A DNA stretch of 64,000 bases from Catajapyx aquilonaris (taxonomy: Eukaryota). Position 1 is the stretch's first letter; each line of letters opens with the position of its first letter. Positions 41,401-55,000 of the stretch are shown one piece after another. The stretch spans positions 62,001 to 126,000 of the forward strand of contig JYFJ02000123.1 of the NCBI GenBank assembly GCA_000934665.2, read 5' to 3'. The notes under the pieces were generated by a model. That model saw only the letters and a list, made by a program, of their open reading frames with translations, had not been told where the DNA came from and did not search any database. The position numbers and the translations under genes are program-made.

Positions 41401-44400
41401 TTGTAAAAAGAGCTATGGTCAACCGAAATTCGAAACTAATTTTGCGAGGACGAAATGGAGGTAATACAAGTATAGTTGGACACGACGCGACGAACGGTTG
41501 AATATGATGTAAAGATTCTGCTGTGAGATACGCGCATTAAATCCCGCTACTTCAAGCATAATCGGAAGTAACATCAAATCGACAGTTGAGTCTCAAAATA
41601 ATGACCAGTGAACGTTTGAAATTAGTTTAAATTTTTTGTTCTCTACATAGGGTTGAAATCTGTTGCCTTCTTGTTGTAGGACAGGAAAACTACAGCACTT
41701 TGTGACCGAACTTTACACCATAACCTCGCCACGATTTTATTCTGAAGCTGACACTGTTGTACCATTGGTCAGTCGGCTCATTATCGTATTCCTCAAGCGG
41801 GGTCCGAATTCATCCGACCCAATCATGGAGGCTTGGCAGTCATTAGGAAAGCCAAGGATGAGCTCGTTAGCAACCTGAACCAGCCGCAGCTGCTTCTGGC
41901 TTCCGTCGAGCCCCGAATCTCATCTCACTTGCCAGGAAGGATGCTCCTAATCGGGGTAGAAATTAATACCCGGTATTAAAGCACAGCGGTTATTGTAGAA
42001 TCAGTCACGTAATTAAGTTCCCTCTTCCGGAAGGTTTCATTGGGGACACGGGGTGCTCGGGGGGAATCACTTGTATATAGCGCCGAAGGATTCTAATCGA
42101 ATTGGCCCAAGGAGCGGAAAAACTACTTTAAGGACCATTATTCAGGTCGCCACTGAACGAGGGATGTCCCAGGACTTGTACAGTACCTATAGGGTCACAA
42201 TGTTTCACGATACAGTACTATCAACAAGTTATTCACAGAGGGAATGTTTTAAAACTGTGATGTGCAGGATTGTGTGCAGGATAAAAGGGTAGTTGAATAT
42301 TTTACAGTGATGCGTCACTATGGCTTTTCCAGTAATGCCTAACTTTCATTTCTATTGCCGCTTATACTGTGTACATGATTTACAGTGTTACAATTATGTG
42401 AACGATTATATTATTCACAGAGGGAAGTGCTGCACTTAAAAATGCAACCTCTGATAGCAGTAAAGTTACTCTTTAATTGTATCATGAGTCAATGTAGCTT
42501 TCCCAGGACCTGGGTTTTATTTAGGGCGGTGCCTTTTATGTACACGCTAGCATTAAAAATCTGTGACCGATCTGTAGAGGGAAATACTGTAGTTAAAAAT
42601 AAACACAAAGTAACAAGAAATGAACGTTAAATTTTAATTAGCTCCAATGTGGCTTTCACAGTAAGTATGCAGCGTGTGCTCTTAGTATACATAGGGCCCC
42701 ATGTGTACACAAGCTCGTCAGTGATAAAAATGCTGGAGAATATTCGAAATACAAGATGCGAGTACAATTATTCAATCAAATATTTTGTAAATATGCCACG
42801 GATAGCATTTAAAAATTGGTATACGTAGCCTGCTGTAACTGGTCAGCGGAATGATCGTTGTGAATCATGAAAACGTTAAGGACGGCCTACAGCCCGAATG
42901 CATTTGTGATCCGCAACAAAAGCCAACATTGTCAAATATTAATCAATCTCCTCGTCTGCAATGAGACCATGTTGACCCTGCCTGTCGCAAAACGAAGCCA
43001 TAATGCGATACACGGGGGAACGCCAAAAAGAGAGAGAGAGAGCTCAATTGATATACCAGCAGCGATGTAACCGTGCTGGTTCCGGGATCCTGGCCACCAG
43101 CAAAATAGCCGTGGTTGGCTTTTCTGTCCGAGGAGACCGAGTCGTGCTATTCTGGCTGGCCACCACATTGACCACCGCCCTTTGGTCAAGACTCATTCCC
43201 ATTCATTAGCTTGGAACGGGAAGGGACGCCCGGATTTTTTCTGTACGCCGGCATAGATTTTTGGTAGCACTGTGTACCCGGACCGGAGAAAACCTGACCG
43301 ATTTTCCGGAACCATCAGGGGCATTGCTGGAGGCAGCCAACCGCTTTTACCAGCCCCTATTCGCCTCTATTCATTGCCATTTTACGGGAAGCTTTGAAGG
43401 ACCGAAGGCATCACGTCAATATACTGCCCATACAGGTTAAGTGCCTGTGGTGCGTAAACTAGCCGCAATGCATCGGATAACCAGTGACTTGCATGCCAAT
43501 ACATGCCAAAATAGTAGGATTTTTCATTTTTGAATATTAGCATTTTGCAAATAGGCTGAGAAACAACTGGGACAAGCATATACGTGCCAACAAAATATTT
43601 CTTCCAAGTTTGTTTACTAGTGACTAGGCCATGTTGTGTTATAGAGACAAGGCAGCGTCTAATGCGTCATTCTTCTAATGGACGGCAATGACCTATCCCC
43701 AAGAGACAGCGGCATACGTACAGGTACAATCAATCGCCTTCGGTTTCCTGCCACCAACAATGCCGGTGATGCAGGAAAAATCGGTCCAGTTCCCCCCGGC
43801 TCCGGGTACAGTGTAGATCAACATGCTACATTAGCGAGAGTGGGGTGCCAAGACTGAAGAGTTGAGCCCTGTTGTGGGGCACTGCGAACCATCTATCCCC
43901 GTCTGGTTGGAATTCAGCGAAAGGGCCTATCATTCATCCTGTAGCTCAACTCCTGCAGGAGAAGGGGGGAAAAACTTAGGAAGAAGAAAAAAAAATATCA
44001 GGCGGAGAGGGATGAGCCTGAGGGTTGTGTCCGCCCGATGATTCCCTAATAAGAAATCGGGTAGGTCTTGCCTTTGGCGGATATTAAGGGGGCAACGGCA
44101 AGGGGAGGGTTATCTGGAGCAGCTGCCGGGCGCAGGCTGCATATTTCAGGGTGTCCGCTAGCTAGACCCTGGCTCTAATGGCCGAAACACTTGCTCGAGC
44201 TCAGATAAGGTCCGGGCCGGCTCCCGAGGCAGTGATTAATGCTGCATTTGCGGCGCACGTTCTACTCAGTCGCTTTGCATTAGAAAGGGTTATGAATTTG
44301 GATTAGGGATTTGCCTTTGAGCTCTTTTTACTTGAGAATTATAATAGTTGTGCTGATTCGGATGAGGAAAGTCATCTGCTGGACGGTCACATGGTGATGA

Positions 44401-45888
44401 TGTACCTCAGCCCTGAACGAAATAACCGAGGGCGATAAGATCATTGTGAAAATTATTTCGAACCTTTCCGCCTGATCGTCTCCAAGTTGCGACTGAAGAA
44501 ACTCGAATTTTATTTCCACCAGTCAATGTGCTCAATTTTATATGGCATTTTGGTGAACGGTTTCGATAGTAATAATTTGGGGTTACGAGCCGGTATATTC
44601 TGGGTTTATGGCCTTGCCGCAACTGGAAGATTTACTCGCACACAGTATTTCCTTGATATAAAAATCAGGGGAAAGTAATACACGTTTCAAAAGCCTCGTG
44701 AGTATATATACTCTAGTAGAATGTATTAATTTGCAAACTGTAAAATTAGAAGTCATCTCACAGCTTTAACCCGTAGTTCCTTTAATTAAATCAAGATGTA
44801 ATGGAGAACAGGACTTTCCGTGCTGTTTTCCTTTATAATTTTCATGTGTGAGCAGTAGCTTATGAATATGCATACGCCTGCACTGTACGTAGGCTTCCTG
44901 TAGAGCAGGAAAAACTATTCACCGTAACTTCTCCACTATCGTCCGGCACTTGACCATACACCCACCCATTTTCCCGGTTGACTGCACCGTATTCTGCCTT
45001 TCACAAAACCCTTCTCTGAAGTCAGAATTTCATCATTTGCTCGCATGATCGTGTAAACCCACAGTGGCCGTTCACCCTTTGACCTCAGGATGAGGCAGGC
45101 TATGCTCACACGACCTTTTTCAAAAGGAATTTACAGTTTGTTTCTCAAACAATATCTTGCAGTAATCGTATATAGGCTATATACAGTTTGGCAGATAAAT
45201 GGTTCCTGCGGTTAGTTATAGTCACGATCGCATACTGACTGATGACTTAAGGTCAGGCGACCAATAATGACCAAGCCGGACCAAGCGACACTCTCAGATA
45301 AGCTCCCTGCCCCATGGCAGTGACGGATTCTGCTCCTTTGTCGCACGTGCTACCCCGAGAACACGAGAAAGATTTGTGAATTTGGAATGCGAGCATTTAT
45401 TGGAAGACCGATCCTTGAGAAGTTCTGCAGACGTGGCCACCGTCGAGGGAGGCCCTCGACACAGCCCTTTGATCTATAGTTTGCCCATTTGCCTCTACAA
45501 CCTCCGAAGGCAACATACTGTCAAATGCTAAATCCCTGGAATATTGCACATAAAGTGCATGTTGCTTTGCTTTGCACTTGGTAATTCTATAACAGAGTCC
45601 TATTTCACTTTGGCCATAGTCAGGCATAGAAATGAGGACACCACAGAGGCACAACTGCTACAGTATCAAGTCACAAGTAGTTGACGAGTAATTCCTCGTG
45701 GAGTACCCCGTGAATAAGTCAACAGGCAGTGTACAAGGAGGTACTCATTGGATTACGGAAGTGTAGTGACTGCCAAGGTACAGCAACTTTAGTTCACTTG
45801 TAACCTTGTTCCTTCCAGAATTAATCCATGTCGGCGGGGGAACCGCCACGGGGCGGCCCCTAGCGCCCAGCCCTTGCCTCTGGTGGCC

Positions 45889-46035
45889 ATGGGGGAGTAC
45901 ATCCGGGGCAAGAAGACCTACACTCGATGGGAGGCGGAGGAGGAGAACGTGGACATCGAGTACCGCCCGGAATGCCAACCCGGAAGCGACTCCGAGAGCA
46001 GCTGCATGTCCGGAACTAAGGGCAGGGTCATCCAG
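45889..46035 (+). CDS. M28B-like gene, coding exon 1 (cytoplasmic tail)
   Basis: GCCATGG Kozak context; MGEYIRGKKTYTRWEAEEENVDIEY...KGRVIQ; CAG|GTCAGT donor, phase 0, joins the TM exon. Confidence 0.78.
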
Positions 46036-49000
46036 GTCAGTCACAAGAGATTCTACATTCAAGTCTCATTCCTCTCTCAAATTCGGACATATCGATCTGG
46101 TTGCAAAAAGCGGACCTTTTGGTATTCAGTCCACGAGCGGCCTTTCCTTCCGGCCGTTTCTACCTCCCCCTCCCCCTCTCCTGGGGGGACGGAATCAGTT
46201 TGGGTCCCGTCTCTTTTCGGTTTCATCGGAGGATTGCTGTCCTCCATCCTCTCAAGGTCCGGATTTTCCACCGACCTACCCATTACGACTATTCTTGTCC
46301 GCCTGGGCGACACAGTGGTCAGGGGAAAAGCGCATTTCCAGACCCATGACCATCCATAACCGTTTCAAGGTTGGTGCCATGTGTTATGGATTGCTTCACT
46401 GGTCCAGCAGTGATAATACCGGACAAATTCTAGTATCCAACCAAACCGACTCACGTCCTCTTCTCTGCCTTCCCCACACGAATCACGCGAGTCTTCAAGT
46501 GTAAATTTGATATATGACCAAAGAGAGCAGTTACATGAAGGCGGGAAGAGATTCCGGTGGTCCAAATTAGAAGGACTTTTCGGAGACGTGATCTGGCTGC
46601 TGGGGGCGGCTGAGGCTGTGTGCCGCTGCCTACCAATGTGGCGGAGGAAAGGGAGCGGGAAACTGGGAATCTTCCGCTTAAAGGAATGATTTGCGGCCAA
46701 GGTTCTCCCTTAGGGTTAAAGACTGATTGTCCACTTCATCACCACGGTTCTGCCGGTTGGGGCAGCGGTATCGTAAATTGGGATCTGGTTAATGGAAGGC
46801 CCCCACTTTCGGAGCTATTTACGAATTTGGAACTCTGGGCGCGTTTCAATGCAAATCCTCGTGACCCTTGGGAGTGGTGAAATAAATCCGTTGTGGACAA
46901 GATCATCTCGTATAAGTTCAGACGGTTGTAAATTTTCTTACAGTGGCTGCCCTTATTGTATGAACTATATTATTTGTAAGTAATTTTTATATAGCTAAAA
47001 AATTTCGAGTGAAAATTTCACTCAAAAATAATGCTCTTTTTGAGTGTGAATTTCCACCGGCAAAGATTTACTTCAACTCAAATCGAGTGGAATATTACTC
47101 GAAAGAAGAGTTAAAATAGAGTGAGAAACTACTCTTTCAGTGAATGAAATGATTACTAATTCTGAGTGAAAATCACTCAATAAAGAGACTCAAGAGATTG
47201 AGTTATTTTCATTCAAACCTAGTGTGATTCAAATCAAGTGGAATAAAGAGTGAAAATCACTCAAAACGAGTGGAAAAATACTCGAAAATATTTAGAGAAT
47301 ATACGTACTAGTCAATCTGGTTGTCCACCTCTATTTGACATTACTTTCCTAGTCGCGTACACCAATCTGCATTCTATCAGTGTCATCCCTGATCATATAA
47401 AAACTCTGTCGTTTGTCATGAAAAATCTGACGCAAGTTAAACTTTCACGTGCACGTATGACATGCTGTGTGTACAGGTTTTTCGTTGTGGCCGAGAGTTT
47501 AGCTGTACTGACAGCAGCGAGTGGATAGCGCATGCCGCAGCGTGATAGCCGCGATATGTTTGCGTTGGAGTTATCAGTCCGCAAACCCTCACTTTTATTC
47601 GGAATATAAACTCGTGCAACAATCGGCGGAGTTGAGGGAATGGCCAAAAGGGACAGCGGTAAGAGCCGCAAAGTCGTAACAGGCGGGCTTAAATCTTCTG
47701 CAGGCGTAAAGTTGGGAAGGAATAGTCGAGGTTGCTTGGCACCCATCATGAAGGCCCGAAAGCAGCACGAGTCCCTTGGCTACCGCACTCTGGCCAGCAA
47801 TTCCCAACAGATGGAGCCAGTCCAATTAGCTTGCGGCCAGGGAGACTCGCCATGACCAAAACCCCAACTCGGTCCGAACTGACCCATCGCACTGCTGCCT
47901 GTGGACAGGTCGCTGTGGACACACATCCCCCACTCTGTTATCTTGAGCTGCTGAAATTGGGCAAGCAATATATGATTAATCATCTGCGAATGGCAGGCTT
48001 TTAATGAACTGCAAACGTTTGAAAAGCATAATTAAAGTACACAATGGGGCTCCATCTAATTATTTTACCATGTATCGCGCCATGTCACAGCCTCATAAGT
48101 AGCTCTTGTGTTTCAAGGCTGCTCATAGCATGTGGTTTCATTCATTTTATATGAACAGTAGTAGGATTTTTTTAAACAGTTGCAATAAACATGTCTGGAG
48201 CCCTGAAGCATCTTAGCTCCTCAGGTGCATATTGCATAAAGGTCACGAGCATATCTCTCGTTATGGCAATAGGTCGGCCTTAAGGGGCCAATCACTTAGA
48301 AAGGAAAGGTGTTTCTCCTGCCAAGGGAGGCCTCTTGGTTGGGGAAAAGGCCGTTTGCATAGGAAAGGCTCCTTCGGGGCACTTGTCTGCGGGATAGCAG
48401 CTGCGCTGCCCTCCGAACTCTACAACAGAGGAAGATGCCCCAGACATGTACGGCGATAATGGAGGTTATTGCGTGATGACGCCCGTTTTCACACCCTCGT
48501 GTCCCCGAACGGTCGATTACCAAAACAAAGAGAGAGAAAGCTTTTCCATTACTTCCAGGTGCTCGCCCTGGGGGGTTATTACCCAATTTCCACCACTGTT
48601 CATTTAACAACACTTTTAGTCCTCGTTTCACTCCGGCCGCAGGGTTTATAGCCGGTTTTCTGTCCGGTTCAGAGAAATGGCCGCTGTACCGGGCGTCATG
48701 TTTTTTGATGCAGCGTGTTTTGAATCGTTGATCACTCACACTGACTCTGATGACTTTTTGATACCCGATTTTTTCCCCCTGTGATTTGCTGCAATGTGAG
48801 TGCAGTTTTCCACTAGTTTCCCGAGAGAAAGAAGCGCGACATTTTAAATCAAATTAATAATCCGGATGGAATGACGGGTCCGCGCCGTTGGGAGAGAATG
48901 AAAAGAGAAAAGCCCCGGATCCGGGTGCTCGTGAGAGCTCCTGTGAAGTAATGCGCTCTGATTTCCCCTTTATGACTACATTATTTCATCTTTCCAGCCC

Positions 49001-52000
49001 CCGAAGTTCCGCACGCAATGTAACATTTATTAGGAATAAGGCCCTTCCCAGTTTTCCAAGCTTGGACTCCTTTATCTCCAGCCCAACCCTGCTATGCATA
49101 GTAATCCATGACGAGCGTTATCTCATTACCTTGGTAAGGCTGAAATATTAAATCCTCGGGGGGGCTTTTCAGGTGCTGTTGGTGCTGGTCTCCCTATGCG
49201 CTGGACTCATCCTGGGGATTGTGGTCAGGAGGAGCTGGGATGGCGACTACGGGATAGCCGCGTCTGGTGGTTCGTCTCAGCCCTGCTTGCACCACAATGC
49301 CAACCCGACAGCGGGGTTCGACCCGGATTTGTTGCGGAGGATGCAGTCAGAGATACATGCGGCGGCCATCAAAGAGCAGCTTCGGTGAGTGGGTTATGCT
49401 GCTGGCACCAGGATTGCCGAATCGTGTGAACACGGCGCCTTTGTTGTTGGAAGCCCAACGCAGGGTATACTGATTGATAGACTTCAACCACATGAATCGG
49501 GCTAAGTATAGTACACCCACACATTTCATGACATCAAAAGCATGGGTCATTCCAAAAGAAATGGAGCCTGCACCATACGACCCAAAGTTTATCACTGGGC
49601 GGGGACCATCCACAACTCACGGACTTGGTGACTATTTACATTACATGTAGGAACGTAAATTCAATCCTAAAAAGCAGGGGTAGTGACAGTGGCAAATTGC
49701 AATTCCCTCGGATAACTGAAAATGGACGAGTGAGGTTTGAATGGATGCCAATCTATATAGCATGGGTTGGGTTGGAAGAGTGAGCACCCAAAAAAATAAC
49801 ACTGGGCTAGCTTCCAAATATCATGCGTCGCCGCCAAATGACCAGGGACAGTTGAGCGCGGAAAAGTTATGGAGAAAAAGCCCCCCTTTTGTCTTGGTGT
49901 AACCGAGGGTACCACACCCGACATGCGTGCTTTTGACAATAGGGGGAAAAATGTTGTGTGCAGCGATTCTCCTATTTTAACTCCATCCCCAGGATGAGAT
50001 TTTCCCTTTTCGAAAATCCTCGATATGCGGGTCTCTCAACCACCATTCCCTCACTATATACATACATAATAAATGGCGGGTCCATTAGTGAGGAGTTTCC
50101 GTCGCTGGACATTTGCCAGGCGGCACCAACCGACGTTTTCGAACTTTCCACCAACTGGCGATATTTGCAATTAAAAACCGTCTCTTTGATGTAGGAGTCT
50201 GTCATCCGAGAGCTTTTTGCTCTCTAATGAGATGACACCGAGTCTGGGAGGACTCTCACACGTTTGTCTCGATGCGCGAATTTTTTTGTGATTTTTAAAG
50301 ATGCGCGGTCCTTTTTTGGGGGGGTGTGCGGTAGTATATGTCGAGAGAGGACACAAGAGCTGTGGGAGTCCTTTTTATGGAGGCTTGAAAGAGGGGAAAC
50401 AGGAGACAAAGGTTCATTTGCATACATATTAGTTTGGAATCCTTTGGGATTGCTGGTTTTCGTTTTCTCAATAGCAGCAACTCTTTTTCGAGAAAGATTC
50501 AGGTTCGGTCGAAGATACTCGACTTTCTTTCTTGTACTTGTCCAGGCGAAGTGTCTTGTGAATCTTATATAATACGTCCTCATTTGCCTGTATTAAACCG
50601 GGTAAAAATGGTCGATTTTTGCTCAGAGATGCTGTAATTCTATGAGAAAGTCTATAACAAGTAATAGTTTAACAGACGAAAATTATTTTATTCCCAACAA
50701 GCCTAGCCGGTACACTGCAGTTGGTATAGCACAATATATTACTTGGCTGCGAGTAATTTGTGTCGCAAGTATACTCCATGCAAATGTTGTATGATTTTAA
50801 TTAGAGGTAGCTAACGCGAGGAAACTAATCAAATGCCAGAATGGTATACACAAGGCAAGGATTGGTAGTGTGTAACACTCTCACAGCAATGCCGTTCAGC
50901 TGAAAATTAATAATTACACTGCTGGATTGCAATAATGGAAATCTAATTTTCGGATCCAACTTGCTGACAAGCTCTCATTAACACTGCGGTAAACAATGCG
51001 GACATCCATCTTGAACTAATTGTAACTTCAGCGTACACGAGCGTATACACCGCACCGACGATGCTGATCTGCATTGCAAATTTTTATCCACGAAGATATA
51101 TATCTCTCTGATCTTCCGAGGACTGAAGTGGCGAGAGGCACGCGCATAATCTTTTAATTGCTGTAATTTGCAAGTGGGTGTCTTGGGACTCCTTTTCGGT
51201 CTCGGTGTCAGGTCTCACTTTTGCGTGGGAAATGGTGCAGAAGACTTGTGAAGATCATTCTTCCCCCTTTATTTCTGAGAAAGAGACTGCTGGGGAAGGA
51301 GAGAAATAGGATGAAAAGAGATAGCGTGTTATCGGACGTCATTAGAGCTGATTTATTTTGTTGCTGAGCCTTATTTAGCTGATATGCATTGTGAAGATAT
51401 CCTGAAGCATTTCTATTTTGTGCAAGCACAATCGACAGTCATTTTGCTTATGCGAAAATTTTGTCTGCACGATATTCATGCATTGCAAAGTACTTATCCG
51501 TGCCAACTATCCAAGTTGGATACAGTGTGAAACACAAAAATTCTCTCTAATCAGTCAAGCATGAAAAAGTAATCGCACCCACGCGCGACTGTTTTTTATG
51601 CAAAAATTTTAGTACCAGATATATATGGCGGCGTAGATATCCTCTTTGTGCCGCTGCAGCGCGTTTTTTCCGCTCGGCTTCCCCCGCGCCGGAAGAGGAT
51701 GTGGAAAACGAGATTAATGGCGGAAGAGAACAGCTGCTGTGCTCCTGCACATGTACTGTTCTTCGTCGGAAGATACCAGGAAAGGGGATTAGACAAACCG
51801 AGCGAAAACTTGCGTGTTGAGGGACCTAGAAGGAGGAAACCCGGAGATATAGTATACAGTGTATAGTATATTTCTGTTATACATGCTATGTGGCGGCAAA
51901 ATGTGATGTAGTGATTGAGTGGGCGGGTTGTATCACTCAGCGGGTGCTAATATAAGTTAACATGAAAGATAGCGTTTTATAGTACCCTTTCACCATAAAT

Positions 52001-55000
52001 GGACTGCCATAACGCAGCACATTGATTAATTTTTTAGCAGTTTTACTGATGCCGAAGCATGTCATTCCTGCTTTATGTTTTCATGGCTTGGTCCGTTTAA
52101 TGGGTGCAGATTAGTAATTACCAGTAATGGGGAACGTGGTATCGTGCAGTTTTAACGACCATCATGATATGGCAGGGACGTTAATTTTACCAGCCGCAAG
52201 ATGTTTGCTCCAACCCTTGAAGCGAGGCATGAAACGCTTGTTTTTGAACAACCCAGTGACTGTAAAAAACGTGATTAACATAGCCCACCAGCTAGGCATA
52301 CAAAAATAAGTGTGGAGCAAGCACCATTCTGGAAGTGAATAAGTGCGGCTTCATTTTGCTCGATGATCTCTCGCTTCGTGAGAGTGTTTTTCGGTTCCTT
52401 TTTTTAAAAAAAAAAAAATCTCATGCAAAGTCGCCTCCTGTGAAGCATATGAATTGATGTGATGGATGGGCCAAGAGAAGGCAAGTTGAAAGGGGAATCT
52501 TTAGCGATTTGCAAAATCCCGTTTCCTCGAGGCTTCCAGGTTGATAAATGACCGGCGCAAATGTACAACACAATGGAGAAAATGCGGGACGGAATTCCAG
52601 AGGCCACACCAGAGGGGGCTGTATTCGCTGTATTCGTCGGCTCAACTACTCTCCCGGTGGATTATGGAGTCAAGCCCTCAGCTGACTTGTCAATCCCCTT
52701 TTCCTCCAGCGAACCATTCTGAAAATGCTCCCTGGAATTTGAATTGCTATGACTGCTACTTGTTGTAACGATTTGCTCAGAGTACTTGCCAAATGAGATG
52801 GGGATGTTGGCACCTACAGTGATGTATTTGCATGCCACTTGTAGTAGGTAATACAAACTGTAACAAATAAACAACTTGTGTCGCAAACGCAGGCTGATTA
52901 CTGCACTCTGCTGGACTATCGAGAGATCGAGCTTGTCAACTCCATTGCACTAAAAAGCCTCGATGTTTGTAATCCTCTCGATTCGGGCAATGCGACAGCT
53001 TGGAATTGCCCAGGGGGGACCTGTAAACTACTATACTCTTTTGTGTACCCCAGTTTTATGAAAATGGTCGCAAATGTTTATTGAGGTGACCCCGCAGCAT
53101 CCTCTTAAAGTGGATGAAGCGAAACTTGTTGAGTTAGAAAATGGGAATTGGAGAGGGCCCCATCTTATATCGAGACCTCCGAAGGACGTGGGAGGAGCAG
53201 TAGAAAAGTTGCACAAGCTTACGATTCAGAAAACGATGGAGATTTCCTGGGGAAGAAAACTCGTCGCATTCGCCTAAGAGTGGTCGCAAGACTATTCGGA
53301 AACTCACTTTACATCCGACTCGATTTTCTCTACCAGAGAAGGAATAAAGATAACGTTGGCTTATTTTTTTCTCTCTTCTTTCTAAAACCTCGCCTGCCTG
53401 CCATTGGTAGGGTCGTTTGTGGGTCATTGAGCTTAACGGCGATATCGGCCCGTGTTAGAAGCAGGCTTCGTTTCGTCTGTCTTAAGCACGCCGCACTGAT
53501 TTAGTAATAATCTCATGAATTCAAATGAGTGTAATCTGCATTTGAAATCGTTGTGGAATGATCTCAAGTTCTAATGTCCGTCTGTCAGCAGCTTCTGGAG
53601 TGAGCTAAGGATCGCGGAAGCTAATCACCATTCATTATTACTCCAGATGGGATGTTCATGGTAGATTTTTTTGGCTTGTGAGTTTTCAATTTTACTTGCG
53701 GCAGGTTCGAATATTTTAGACGTTTTCGGTATTGTTATACTCGACGCCTAAAGCATCTGTGCATTCTCCTGTGGGGTGTGCTAAATGAGCAGATTTATGG
53801 CGTAGACTCTGTGCATTTTGGCCATATAACGGGATGTGCTGCAGTAAATTCCTTTTAGCAGAGATGCTTACCTGAAATATTAACCTGCATTACGCGCAGT
53901 TTTTGAGTAAGTATCAAAATCTACTGTAGCGTCGCGTCGCGTCGGTGCCTAACAACCCCTGTTGTCCAGTATGTAATACAGGACGGTCGCATTACATCTT
54001 TATAGCCTTATGTTTCAAAGCAAGAGTGCTTTTCACTACCGCAGCACTTTCCAGGGGGTTCATGTTTCTTAAGGCAGCAAGACGGTCATAAATCGCGATC
54101 AATTTCGTCGCGGGTGCTTTCTGGAACATTAACTCGATATTTACGCCTCCCAAAGTACGTATTTTAAAAGAAATGGACAATGAATGGCCTCTGAGGACCC
54201 TTTATGACGGAGGCAAACGTCTCATCCGCTCTCGAAACCGGTCGAGAAAACAACAAGAGAATCCTTTCGTCTGGGAAATTGGGTACGATGAGAGACAGCC
54301 CCAAAAAGCCTGGGATGGGGGGGTTGGGTCTGTGGGGGTGGTAGGAAATCGTTCGGAAAATGCCTCTTTGGGTCCTTGCGGGAGTTTAGGATTTCAAAGT
54401 CTGCTGACTGACTGGGCTAACAATAAAACCTACCCTGTTTTTTTGTGCTGGGAGTGATCTCCATTAGTCGCCCGCGATTGATTTATCGATGGGGGTACCC
54501 CCTGGAGAAAGAGACTGTCTTCTGAGCAAATACGGGGACGTGTACAGAGGTGGCCATAAGTCAACAGAGAAGCTGGTTTCTGCGCCTGGAAGCACCGATT
54601 CTGCTGGAGCTGCCAAATCGTGCCTGGAAAGATGAGTTCTGGACAGTCCATAGGAACAGGCGAAGTTTTTTCCACCGGGTAGTCCTATTTAATCCGAGCG
54701 ACTCTACACCGTCGCAATTTAGCTGGAGACCTGACTCGGAAGAGGCTTTACCCAATCTGTCAATCGACAAGGCTTGGGAGTAAGCCCTACCGTGTCAAAG
54801 CCACTTGACAGCCACCACCGCGTCCCCAGGAAACTAGACCGAAAATTTTTCTGCACTTTCTTCTGATCCTCGTAACAAGTCAGGAGGTAGAGATTTGAGG
54901 GGAATTCATATCTCAGGAGGTCCATCCAGTAATTTGGGCCGTCAGTTTGTCAGTTGATATTCCACCGGCGCGATCCACCCGACTTGATGACTCGTCTCGA

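Noticed and set aside
44437..44460. 14-nt match to the bantam miRNA (AGATCATTGTGAAA)
   Set aside because: Seed position and 3' end differ from the mature sequence as I recall it, and there is no complementary precursor arm.
45445..45463. GC-rich hairpin GTCGAGGG-AGG-CCCTCGAC as a terminator or Helitron 3' end
   Set aside because: Intrinsic terminators do not apply here; no correctly placed CTRR end or second copy.
45806..46504. Longest ORF in the track (232 aa) and the read-through of exon 1 to 46359
   Set aside because: No recognisable domain, non-ATG start, GC-rich overlap with the real exon; the donor at 46036 gives the family-consistent product.
46988..47303. CRISPR-like repeat-spacer array
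   Set aside because: Eukaryotic intron, degenerate 15-17 bp repeats, irregular spacing, no cas genes.
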